Shown one piece after another: positions 53,807-62,493 of a stretch of 62,493 nt of DNA. Made by a program: the position numbers and the translations under genes. The stretch is from a virus (lineage: Duplodnaviria > Caudoviricetes), in the IMG/VR virus record IMGVR_UViG_3300044617_002031, positions 1 through 62,493 of that record, one strand, 5' to 3'. Below the pieces are notes generated by a model. It did not search any database. It was not told the origin of the DNA and saw nothing but the letters and a program-made list of their open reading frames with translations. Position 1 is the stretch's first letter, and every line of letters starts with the position of its first letter.

Positions 53807-56800
53807 TTATCTCATGCGTTCCACAAACTCCCGCATAATTTGACGGATCTCCATTTTCACTTGAGGCGATCGCAATTTATCAATAAAATCTCTCGCCAAA
53901 TCATCTCCACTATCACCATTAACGATAATATCCCCAAAGCTCAGATTAATATTAATTTCCTGTTCCCCCGCAGATTCAGATTGAGTGGGAGGGAAGAAAG
54001 GAATCGGAGCAAAGGCTGGTGATGTCACAATCTGAGGCGTTGGCATCATTCCTGCTCTGGCTGCATTAATTGAATGGAGTAGGGGAAGGTTTGCTTTAGT
54101 TGAGGAGGCATTTATTACATATTCTCCGTGTGAGAGTTTGGCATGAATGCGATCGCCTGTTCCCGTACCCGGCCCTTTAACTAGACCCCCAGTTGCATAA
54201 CCTGGGGGTTTTTCTGTTTTAGGTTGTCCTCCAAAGAAACTACCAACAAAAGGAATAGATGAAATCGAGTTAACAACAGAAGAAATTACCCACCAAATTC
54301 CTTCAAATATTTTCTTGATAACAAAAGCAACTCCAATAATTGCAGCACAAACACCTGAGATTAAGAGAATTATGGGAAGAACTGGAGCTAATGAGATAGC
54401 AACACCAACAACGGCACTTCCGATCATTGTTAGTACCGATGCAACCCCTGTAATCAAAAGGGGTGTAATAAGCATAACCCCCGAAACAATCCCACCAAAA
54501 ATTACACCAATAGAACCAACCAACCCAGCTATTGTTGCAAAGGCAGAAACAATCCCTGCCAAAACAACACCAAAATTCAGAACAGCAAAAATCCCGCCGA
54601 CAGTTGCACCAATGATTAAAATTGATTTTACGAGTTCCCAGACAAAAGGTAAAATCACCTTAATAATATCAACAGTAATAACCAACGATTTAACAAAAAT
54701 ATCCCAGATAACTTTAACGATAGGGGAAAATATCTGCCAAACCGCTTCAAAAATTTCTATAACTGAACTGATGTTACTCAAGGTTAAAAAGCCAAGCATG
54801 AAACCAGTTCTAGCCAGTAGTATCGCCGGATTAAATATCGAGATAATATCAACAACTAATTTAACCACCGAGAATATCTGCCAAAAAATAGTACCAACAC
54901 TTTCTACAACCCCAATAAATCCTAAAGCGGTATTTAAAATACCTGAAAATACATCTTGAATAAATGTCCCTATATTAGCTAATGCTTGCATAGGATTAGT
55001 AATGATATCCCAAATACCTTTGCCAATCGAAGAAATCACTTGGGAAATTCCTTCAAATATTTTCTCAACTTCAAAAGCAATTCCATTAACCTCAGCAGGG
55101 ATTGGGGTGTTATCAGTTATTTTTGTAACTTGAGGAGTTGATATCACACTTGCTTTATCTGTATTAATTGCGTCAAGTAAAGGAAGATTGGCTTTAGTTG
55201 AGGAGGCATTAATTACATACTCTCCAGGTGAGAGTTTTGCGTGAATACGATCTCCTGTACTTGTTCCCGATCCTTCTACTAACCCCCCAGTCGCATAACC
55301 TGGGGGTTTTTCTGTTTTAGGTTGTCCTCCAAATAAACCACCAATAATCGGAATATTAGATAGGAAGCCCAGTGGGTTACTGAGAAGGTTAAACAGGGAT
55401 GAAATTGAATAAACCAGAAGATTGACGGGAGCCATGATCCAACCAACAACTGTATTAATTCCCTGACCAATTTTGGAGAACAAATTCCCAATAAACGAAC
55501 CTGCTACCTTTAAACCGTCAACCAAACCTGTAATAGCATTTGAAATCCCTGAGAATACATCCTGAACAAATGTCACTATATCAGAAGTAATGATATACAA
55601 AATCCCCTTAGCAATAGAAGAAATTACCCACCAAATCCCTTCAAAGATTTTCTTGATTACAAAAGCAATTCCTAAAACTACAGCAATCCCCGCAATAATT
55701 GGAGCAAAAGCCACCGCAGCAGAAGCGATCGCACCTCCAATAACAGTTGCTATCCCTCCTAATCCCACAGCTAAAAATGGAACAATAAAAGTAATTCCGG
55801 TAATAATCCCACTAATAATCCCGCCGATAGTACCAATCAGACCTGCTACTGAAGCAGCAGCAGAAACAATCCCCGCCAGTAATGCCCCAAAATTCAGGAC
55901 TGCTACAATCCCGCCGATAGTTGCGCCGATAATTAGAATTGATTTTATGACTTCCCAGGTAAAGGATAAAATCGTTTTAATCACGTTGACAGTAAAAATC
56001 AACGATTTAACTATTAATTGGATTCCCCAGGAAATACTTGTAATTAAGAAGTTAAGGGATTTTACTAGAATCCGAATCGGGAACAGCAAGGCATTGACAA
56101 CTGCCGATAAAACATTAGATAGGCTTAAAACACTATTGTTGACATCAACATTAAACAGTTTCAGGATTGGGTCAAATATTGAAATAACAGTAGAAACCAA
56201 TTCCCCAAAGATAGAAGCGATCGCTCTTACTTCCCTGTCAATCGTAGTAAAAATACTACCAATCGCAGCAAAGAAGCCCCCAAACAAATCCCCAAAGAAT
56301 TTCTTAAATGCCCAACCTACGCCGTAAATTAAATCACGGATTCCTAAGAAGTTGGATTTAAAGGCTAAGTAGAATAATCCGACCGCAGCAATAACCCCTA
56401 AGATTATGGGCAAAAAGGGAAGTATGGGAACAAGTAAGGTTTTATAGGCTTTTAAAGCAGCAGCTTTGAGGATAGTAAAGGTTCCCGCAACGAATGAGTT
56501 AGAAGCCGCGATCGCATTTCCCCAAGCCAACATTCCCGCTTGTAGAGTTGGGAGCAAGGCTTTAATATCTACAAACGCATCAATAAAATCATTTAAGACA
56601 AACAAGGGAGTTGCCAACTGAGGAGCGAAGTTAGACAGCAGGGAACCGATGGAAATTAAACTTCCCCGCAATCCTCCCATCATGTTCTGTTGACCAGGTT
56701 GAACTTGTTGTGCCGATTGAATCTCCTGAAGTAATGCTGATTGTCGTTCAAGGGCTTGAATTTGCTGACGGTCTAATTTTGCTTGTCTTCCCTGAGCATT

Positions 56801-59800
56801 TCCCCTGGAAATATTACCCGCTTCAACTCTTTGATTTAGATTTTGTTGGGCTAAGGCAATCTCATTCAGTCTTGCTTGCTGTTTATCAAGTTGACTCAAG
56901 TGACGTGGAGAGACTAAATCCGATTGTTTTAGGCTTTCTATTAAAGTGGATTGTTCCTGTAATATTTGAGTCCGAGCGCGATCTAATTTCACCGTAGCTC
57001 GATTAGCAGCCCGACTAAATGGTTCAGATGAATCCGTTTTGCGACGTTGATTTATTTCATTTTGGAGACGGGCTACTTTACTAAGTTTTTCAGTAAGTTG
57101 ACTGTATTGCGAGATTTGATTAGCTAACGACAATTGCGGTGAGGCTGTCATCGCAGATTGGATTTGTTGACCCTGTTGTCTAGTAAAAGCCGTGAAGCCA
57201 CTTACTCGACCCTCAATCATATCCAACATCTCAAACCATTTCTTACGAATCATGTAAGTAGGGCCAGGAGGATCATTAGATAAGTGTTGTTCTTCTTTTT
57301 TTCCTTCGACTTTAGTTTTTCCAGTAAACCTTTCTAAACGGCTTGTAATCCCATCAAACATCCCTCTCCATTTACTTAAAATACCTTCAGTAACAGAACT
57401 TATTTTTTCAGATACCCAATCAAATGCCCCACCCATCAATAATCGAATTTCTTCTCCCGCCGATCTTGTTGCCTCAACAACAACCTTCCAGGCTTCTGAC
57501 GGTACAGATTTGATTACATCTCCTAATTTTTCAACCGTCTGGATTGGGTGAGCGATCGCATCTAATAAATCAGCAAAAACCGTAATAGCATTTTTAACAC
57601 CTCCAACAGCTAAATTAAGCGAATCAGCAAATATCGCACCTAATCCTTGACCTATCTTTTCCGTAAGAGTTATTCCACTAACAAATTCATCCACAGATGA
57701 AAGAATAGGGCGAAATACATCTAAAATCGCAGAAAAGGCTTGAGGAATATTATCTTTGGCAGACAAGAATATCTCTTTAAAACTTTTCGATATTCTCTCC
57801 AATGGTTCGTTAAACTCAGAGAAAGTTTGATTTATTTTTTCTAACTTAGTAGCGAATCCTTCTAGGAATCCAAAACTAAAGTCAAAGGATATTTTTGTTG
57901 AAACCGTAACCAAACTCTGTATTGCTTCTTTTGCAAGATCTATAATATCCAAAAATGGCTTCAAGCCTGGGACGGCATCCCTAATAGAATTTAACACCGA
58001 CAAAAATACTTGATCTAATTGTTTAAATGCAGAAACCAGATTCTCTCCAATAACAACAAATAAACTTCTCCAAATTGGAATTTGTTCGGGGATACTAAGC
58101 GACATGATCCCCATCGCATAATTCAAGGTTCCAATTACATCATTAAACAATTTCATTGGATTCAATAACTTCGGAAGTGTCTCGGCGATTAAATTAAAAA
58201 CAGAGACTATTCCTTGCCCTAACCCCTCAAGGATTTTAATTGGATTTACCAAATCAAAGATATTATCTTTAATTTCTTTGAAATTTCCAAAAAACTTATC
58301 GACATTCTCTTTCCCGACCAAGGCAGAGATTAACTGCTTACCAATATCTTTAGCGAAGTCTAGTAATCCCGATAATTTACCTTGGATAAACTCAACCGCT
58401 TTACGCCACGCTTCGGGGATTCTCTCAGTCGGATTATGGTTTAAGGCGTTAATTAATTTCTGAGCAATATCCAGGGCAAAATCAACAATTGGTTTGAGGA
58501 TGGTTTTGAAACTTGTCGTGAATCCTTCCCACGCTTGTTTAATTCGTTTAACCGTTGTCTCATTGGTTTCCAAGAAGGTATTCCAGCGTTGTTTTAAATT
58601 ACTGATAGTAGTAGACAGGTTATCAACAAATTCAATCAACAGAACAATACCATTACCTAAATGCACCAGTAATTGAGTTGAACGCAGGAAGTCAACTAAT
58701 GTATTCCAATGTCTACTGATGAATCCCGTGACCGCACTGAAGGCGTAGGATAAATTTTTCAACCCACCCAGAATATAACTAAACAATTCAGTTGTTCCAA
58801 GCCAAGTCGCAAATCCCTCCCATCGGGTTTCAATTCCTGTTAACACGCCTTGAAAGCGTTCCGAGAAAGCGAATAATTCAGTAAACAATCCTTGTAGCGT
58901 AGGGAGATGGAATCGGGTGGCGAAGTTCTCCCATTTCTCGGATAAGTTAACGACGCGATCGCTAAACCCTTTTAATCCATTCCTGAATGCTTCAAATACA
59001 GGTGCAAGGAATTGTGGCGAAGTCAGAATATAGGATTGAAACTCGCGCCATTTATTCTCGGCAAAATCTAGGGATGTTCCAAACAAACCAAATAATTTGC
59101 TAAAACCTTCCCAGACATGGGTTAAGGTTTTCCAGTTCAAGGTAGATATTTCATTCGCCAGCCAAGTCCAACTGGTTTCAATTTGAATTACCCCGGCTTT
59201 AAACAGCTTGGGAATTGCATTGATAAATTCAAATAACCGATAGAACATCGGTAGCGGGAGGTTAAACGCTAAAACCAACTTCACCCACTGCAATTCCATG
59301 TTGAATAAAAATTCACTGACTTTATCAGCCCCAAGTTTTAACTGATTAAAGAAGGGAGCTAACATTTCGGGGGTACGTCCAAACCAATCGGTAATGGTGC
59401 GGAACTGCGATCGCAACCATCCATAACCATCTAACAATCCTTGCCAAGTTTGTCGCGCAGTCGGCCATTTAGGATTCTCGAAGAATTTAACTAATTGATT
59501 CCATTTACCTTGAACGTTATCAATTAAATTATTGGCTTTAGTTTCTAGGGATGCGGTATCAATATCAAGTTTTAGTTTAGGGGCTTTATCGGTGACTTGA
59601 TTCCAAGTTCCAATTAAATTAGATAACCAGGAAGTAACTTGACCGACTTTTTCCCTGAGTTTGTCAAATGCGATCGCAACATCATCAACATAATTCAGAA
59701 TACTTAAAAAGGAGAAGTTAGACATAAAAGCGTCTACTTTTCCTTTTAATGTTGGTGCTTCTAAAACCGTTGACCAGAACTGATTCCAAAGTTGACCAAT

Positions 59801-62493
59801 GGAAGTAGCTAGAGATTTAAACCCTGACTTGAGAGTATTTCCAATATCTTCGGTAATCTGATTCCATTCTAGTTTCCCTGCATTAACAAAGAATTTTAAC
59901 CAGGCTTTTTCAATGGTTACAACAGTTGACTGGAAGCGTTGTACTAGACTATCTAAAAATTCAAAGAAAGGATATCCGATTGGTAGATCAAATCCCAGTG
60001 CTAATTTTACCCACTGCGCTCCTAGATTTACAATTGCATCTCGTAAACCCTGCGCTCCGTTCGAGAGTGTGTCAAATAAAGGGATTATGGATTGCCCCAA
60101 AGATTTCATCCATCCAGGGAATACCAGTTGGAGTTCTTCATTAATACGATCGCTAAACCCTTTAACAAATTGCGCGATCGCATTAAATCCATCTCGAATC
60201 GGGTTCAGTATCCGACTGAGGATTCCGTCCCCTGTACCTTGGAATAAAGTAGGAATTTTTTCTGCAACCCACTTAAATCCGTTTAACAAAGCGTTGGGAA
60301 TATCTTGGAGGAAACTAAAATCCAATCTGGCAATCTTGCGGAATACCTCAACAATCCAATCCTTAGCTTCCCAAAGCTGTAACTTGAACCAGACCATCAT
60401 CTTCTGCCAAGTGCTAATAACAGAAAGACGTAGGTTATTAAATGCTCGGAAGATATTTTTAACAAAGTCAATCAAAGCTTCAGCAGCCATCCGTCCTGCC
60501 CATTCGGGACTGAGGGCAAAGACTGACCAGAACTCATCAAACCATTGTTTTAAATCTTGAAGCGGTTGTTTTAGGAACGGGAAGATTTGAACTAAAGCAA
60601 TTTTCAATCCCTCTCCAATAGACAGGAATCCTTGCGCGATCGCTTTAAACTCTAATTTGAGTTGTTGACCCAGAACTTGAAACGCATCTTTAATTTCGGC
60701 AATCCCTTGTTTGATCAATTCGCTATCACCAAACAATCCTCTCAGGATTAAACTAAATCCTTTCAGGACTCGTCCGGCAGCCATAAATGTAAAGAATACT
60801 ATTTTCCCTGTGGCAACCAGAATTTGAATAATACCCTTCAGGATTGAACGAATCCCCAGGAAGTTCGCCAGAATTACCGCAGCCCCAAATGCGATCGCAC
60901 CAATTGTAATAATTGCCGGAGCCATGCCAGTGAGAACGGCTGCACCTGCTGCGATCGCGCTTAATCCCATACTATTAAATCCGGCAGTCAATCCTTTCAG
61001 GGCAAAGGCTAAGTTCCCACCAAAGTCTTTAGAAGCCTGAGCTAGTTCCCCAAAGTTCAAAGTTAATAAGGCATTGACTGATCGCTTGGCAAAATCAGCG
61101 ATATCTCCTCCCAGAAGTTGCAGGGCATCGGTAACTTGCGCTGCACCAGGTTCAAATAGTACCCCCAGATTTCCAAATCCTTGAGCTTCTAGGTAATCGT
61201 ATCGATCTTGAATTGAGATTATCCCCGCCTCAATGCTTTGAATAGCTTCGTTTTTAGTTGCTTCTGAGACAAAGGGGGTGATAGCGATCGCGGTTTCAAC
61301 AGTTCCCACTCCCATAGATTGAGCTAGGGAAATTCCGGTTTTAGCAGCACTATCCGCCAAGTCACCCATCCAATCGGTGACTTGATTAATGGTTTTCTTC
61401 CAATATTTACGAATATAGAAAGTAGGCCCTGGAGAACCTTCGGCTAATCCTTTTTGTAATTCATATCCCTGGTCGGGAGCCTGGGCAACTAATTTACCAA
61501 TCCCTTTTGAGACAGTGGAAGATGTAAGACCCCAAGATTTTCGGATAGATTTAAAGTTTTTCTCCCACCAAGATTCCTTGTTATCCCACTCGGTTTCTGC
61601 ATTAGTCATCAAGTCATCGACAACAGGTTTACTCTTGCGATGTTGTTGCCAACGCTGCGCCAATCCGCCAATAGCCTGTTGAGCCGCAGGAATTATTTGA
61701 CTTGCTTTTTGTTGGACGACGGGAATTAATTTACTGGTTTTTTCTTTGATAATCGGGTTAACAACATCGCCAACACTCTTGGGGCGATAAGGAACAATAT
61801 TATTTTTTAAATCTGGAATACTGGGTTCAGTAAGTTTTTGTGGGATTTTGTATGGAACCTTTGTTTTGGCATAATATCCATCAAAATAACTTGTAACTTT
61901 ACCCCATAAATCAGCTACAAAATTAGTTGAATTATCCCACCAACTTTGTTTGGGTTGGGGTTGAGATTGAGGCATGGATTGAATTGGTATTTCTACCAAA
62001 GGCTTGATTTCGTCAGGAATCTTAAATTCATTTAAGATATCGCTAAGTATTTTAGAGGTTTGGTCTATTGATTGAACAACACGGTCAATCTGAGGAGCTA
62101 TTTTTTCAGCTAAACTTTTTTCTTTTTCTGGTAATGCTTTGATTGCTTCTCGAATAATTGGCTGTCCCTGTAAGCCAATACCATAAACTTGATCTGCTGT
62201 TTTACCGGATTTCCCTGCGATTTGCTGTAGGTTTTCATTCGAGAAAGTTCCTTTGCGATCGCGGTATTCTGTGGCTAATTTTTTTTCTAGGTAAGTCTGA
62301 CCTTCTTGTGTTAGCTCCATTTTTCCATACTGCCCCCTGGTAATATATTTAGAAAATTCAGAACGCAAAGCCGAACTTTCAGAAATACTATTATTAGCCA
62401 TTTCATAAATTAACTGATTTTGACGTGCTGATACCTGTTGTGTTACCTTATCTCGAATTGATGCTTCACCCCCCTGGAATAAATCAAGTGTGC
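53807..62493 (-). CDS. Tape measure protein (5'-truncated, >2890 aa)
   Basis: Frame stays open to the window edge; W/F-periodic amphipathic repeats, hydrophobic segments, two copies of YATGGLV.G.GT..GD.I.A.LS.GEYVIN. Confidence 0.9.
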   Translation of the reverse strand, partial: TLDLFQGGEASIRDKVTQQVSARQNQLIYEMANNSISESSALRSEFSKYITRGQYGKMELTQEGQTYLEKKLATEYRDRKGTFSNENLQQIAGKSGKTADQVYGIGLQGQPIIREAIKALPEKEKSLAEKIAPQIDRVVQSIDQTSKILSDILNEFKIPDEIKPLVEIPIQSMPQSQPQPKQSWWDNSTNFVADLWGKVTSYFDGYYAKTKVPYKIPQKLTEPSIPDLKNNIVPYRPKSVGDVVNPIIKEKTSKLIPVVQQKASQIIPAAQQAIGGLAQRWQQHRKSKPVVDDLMTNAETEWDNKESWWEKNFKSIRKSWGLTSSTVSKGIGKLVAQAPDQGYELQKGLAEGSPGPTFYIRKYWKKTINQVTDWMGDLADSAAKTGISLAQSMGVGTVETAIAITPFVSEATKNEAIQSIEAGIISIQDRYDYLEAQGFGNLGVLFEPGAAQVTDALQLLGGDIADFAKRSVNALLTLNFGELAQASKDFGGNLAFALKGLTAGFNSMGLSAIAAGAAVLTGMAPAIITIGAIAFGAAVILANFLGIRSILKGIIQILVATGKIVFFTFMAAGRVLKGFSLILRGLFGDSELIKQGIAEIKDAFQVLGQQLKLEFKAIAQGFLSIGEGLKIALVQIFPFLKQPLQDLKQWFDEFWSVFALSPEWAGRMAAEALIDFVKNIFRAFNNLRLSVISTWQKMMVWFKLQLWEAKDWIVEVFRKIARLDFSFLQDIPNALLNGFKWVAEKIPTLFQGTGDGILSRILNPIRDGFNAIAQFVKGFSDRINEELQLVFPGWMKSLGQSIIPLFDTLSNGAQGLRDAIVNLGAQWVKLALGFDLPIGYPFFEFLDSLVQRFQSTVVTIEKAWLKFFVNAGKLEWNQITEDIGNTLKSGFKSLATSIGQLWNQFWSTVLEAPTLKGKVDAFMSNFSFLSILNYVDDVAIAFDKLREKVGQVTSWLSNLIGTWNQVTDKAPKLKLDIDTASLETKANNLIDNVQGKWNQLVKFFENPKWPTARQTWQGLLDGYGWLRSQFRTITDWFGRTPEMLAPFFNQLKLGADKVSEFLFNMELQWVKLVLAFNLPLPMFYRLFEFINAIPKLFKAGVIQIETSWTWLANEISTLNWKTLTHVWEGFSKLFGLFGTSLDFAENKWREFQSYILTSPQFLAPVFEAFRNGLKGFSDRVVNLSEKWENFATRFHLPTLQGLFTELFAFSERFQGVLTGIETRWEGFATWLGTTELFSYILGGLKNLSYAFSAVTGFISRHWNTLVDFLRSTQLLVHLGNGIVLLIEFVDNLSTTISNLKQRWNTFLETNETTVKRIKQAWEGFTTSFKTILKPIVDFALDIAQKLINALNHNPTERIPEAWRKAVEFIQGKLSGLLDFAKDIGKQLISALVGKENVDKFFGNFKEIKDNIFDLVNPIKILEGLGQGIVSVFNLIAETLPKLLNPMKLFNDVIGTLNYAMGIMSLSIPEQIPIWRSLFVVIGENLVSAFKQLDQVFLSVLNSIRDAVPGLKPFLDIIDLAKEAIQSLVTVSTKISFDFSFGFLEGFATKLEKINQTFSEFNEPLERISKSFKEIFLSAKDNIPQAFSAILDVFRPILSSVDEFVSGITLTEKIGQGLGAIFADSLNLAVGGVKNAITVFADLLDAIAHPIQTVEKLGDVIKSVPSEAWKVVVEATRSAGEEIRLLMGGAFDWVSEKISSVTEGILSKWRGMFDGITSRLERFTGKTKVEGKKEEQHLSNDPPGPTYMIRKKWFEMLDMIEGRVSGFTAFTRQQGQQIQSAMTASPQLSLANQISQYSQLTEKLSKVARLQNEINQRRKTDSSEPFSRAANRATVKLDRARTQILQEQSTLIESLKQSDLVSPRHLSQLDKQQARLNEIALAQQNLNQRVEAGNISRGNAQGRQAKLDRQQIQALERQSALLQEIQSAQQVQPGQQNMMGGLRGSLISIGSLLSNFAPQLATPLFVLNDFIDAFVDIKALLPTLQAGMLAWGNAIAASNSFVAGTFTILKAAALKAYKTLLVPILPFLPIILGVIAAVGLFYLAFKSNFLGIRDLIYGVGWAFKKFFGDLFGGFFAAIGSIFTTIDREVRAIASIFGELVSTVISIFDPILKLFNVDVNNSVLSLSNVLSAVVNALLFPIRILVKSLNFLITSISWGIQLIVKSLIFTVNVIKTILSFTWEVIKSILIIGATIGGIVAVLNFGALLAGIVSAAASVAGLIGTIGGIISGIITGITFIVPFLAVGLGGIATVIGGAIASAAVAFAPIIAGIAVVLGIAFVIKKIFEGIWWVISSIAKGILYIITSDIVTFVQDVFSGISNAITGLVDGLKVAGSFIGNLFSKIGQGINTVVGWIMAPVNLLVYSISSLFNLLSNPLGFLSNIPIIGGLFGGQPKTEKPPGYATGGLVEGSGTSTGDRIHAKLSPGEYVINASSTKANLPLLDAINTDKASVISTPQVTKITDNTPIPAEVNGIAFEVEKIFEGISQVISSIGKGIWDIITNPMQALANIGTFIQDVFSGILNTALGFIGVVESVGTIFWQIFSVVKLVVDIISIFNPAILLARTGFMLGFLTLSNISSVIEIFEAVWQIFSPIVKVIWDIFVKSLVITVDIIKVILPFVWELVKSILIIGATVGGIFAVLNFGVVLAGIVSAFATIAGLVGSIGVIFGGIVSGVMLITPLLITGVASVLTMIGSAVVGVAISLAPVLPIILLISGVCAAIIGVAFVIKKIFEGIWWVISSVVNSISSIPFVGSFFGGQPKTEKPPGYATGGLVKGPGTGTGDRIHAKLSHGEYVINASSTKANLPLLHSINAARAGMMPTPQIVTSPAFAPIPFFPPTQSESAGEQEININLSFGDIIVNGDSGDDLARDFIDKLRSPQVKMEIRQIMREFVERMR

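Larger units (their letters stand above)
1..62493. mobile_element. Cyanobacterial myovirus-like phage/prophage, structural region
   Basis: Portal, capsid, sheath, tube and tape measure present; HIP1 about 1 per kb; no host housekeeping genes seen. Confidence 0.9.

Noticed and set aside
53771-62343. Plus-strand ORFs within the tape measure gene, and similar antisense ORFs within cargo, capsid, sheath and lysin genes
   Set aside because: They are antisense shadows of long coding genes with biased composition and no motifs.
1-62493. tRNA/rRNA genes, terminase, integrase, transposase
   Set aside because: None recognisable in this window. Prophage versus free phage status cannot be settled here.

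Overview
This window is the virion-morphogenesis region of a large contractile-tailed (myovirus-type) phage or prophage of a cyanobacterium. The HIP1 octamer GCGATCGC occurs roughly 70 times by eye, about 1 per kb. Recognisable genes are a portal, a prohead protease/scaffold, a major capsid protein, head-tail adaptors, a tail sheath and tube, a tape measure of >2890 aa (cut by the window edge), baseplate and fibre genes, peptidoglycan hydrolases and a D12-class DNA adenine methyltransferase. The main finding is a family of eight paralogous modular proteins placed beside the capsid, tube and neck genes. Seven share a ~25-aa leader ending in [LI]-x-A-E followed by a KEYxAxWL...RDxxG(K/R)FAxKG motif. 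Seven share a helical core with hydrophobic helices. Their C-terminal domains differ: an R-S-E ADP-ribosyltransferase, a second ART-like domain, an HExxH metallopeptidase, an alpha/beta hydrolase with a Cys nucleophile, and helical repeats. The same [LIV]-x-A motif ends the capsid N-terminal peptide and recurs about 11 times in the protease/scaffold. I infer a capsid-loaded, protease-matured set of polymorphic effectors. Other signals are six sigma70 cassettes whose transcripts would all begin GTTGAG, an array of five tiny membrane peptides, and a 14-bp palindrome found three times at module borders. All calls come from reading motifs by eye; no searches were run.
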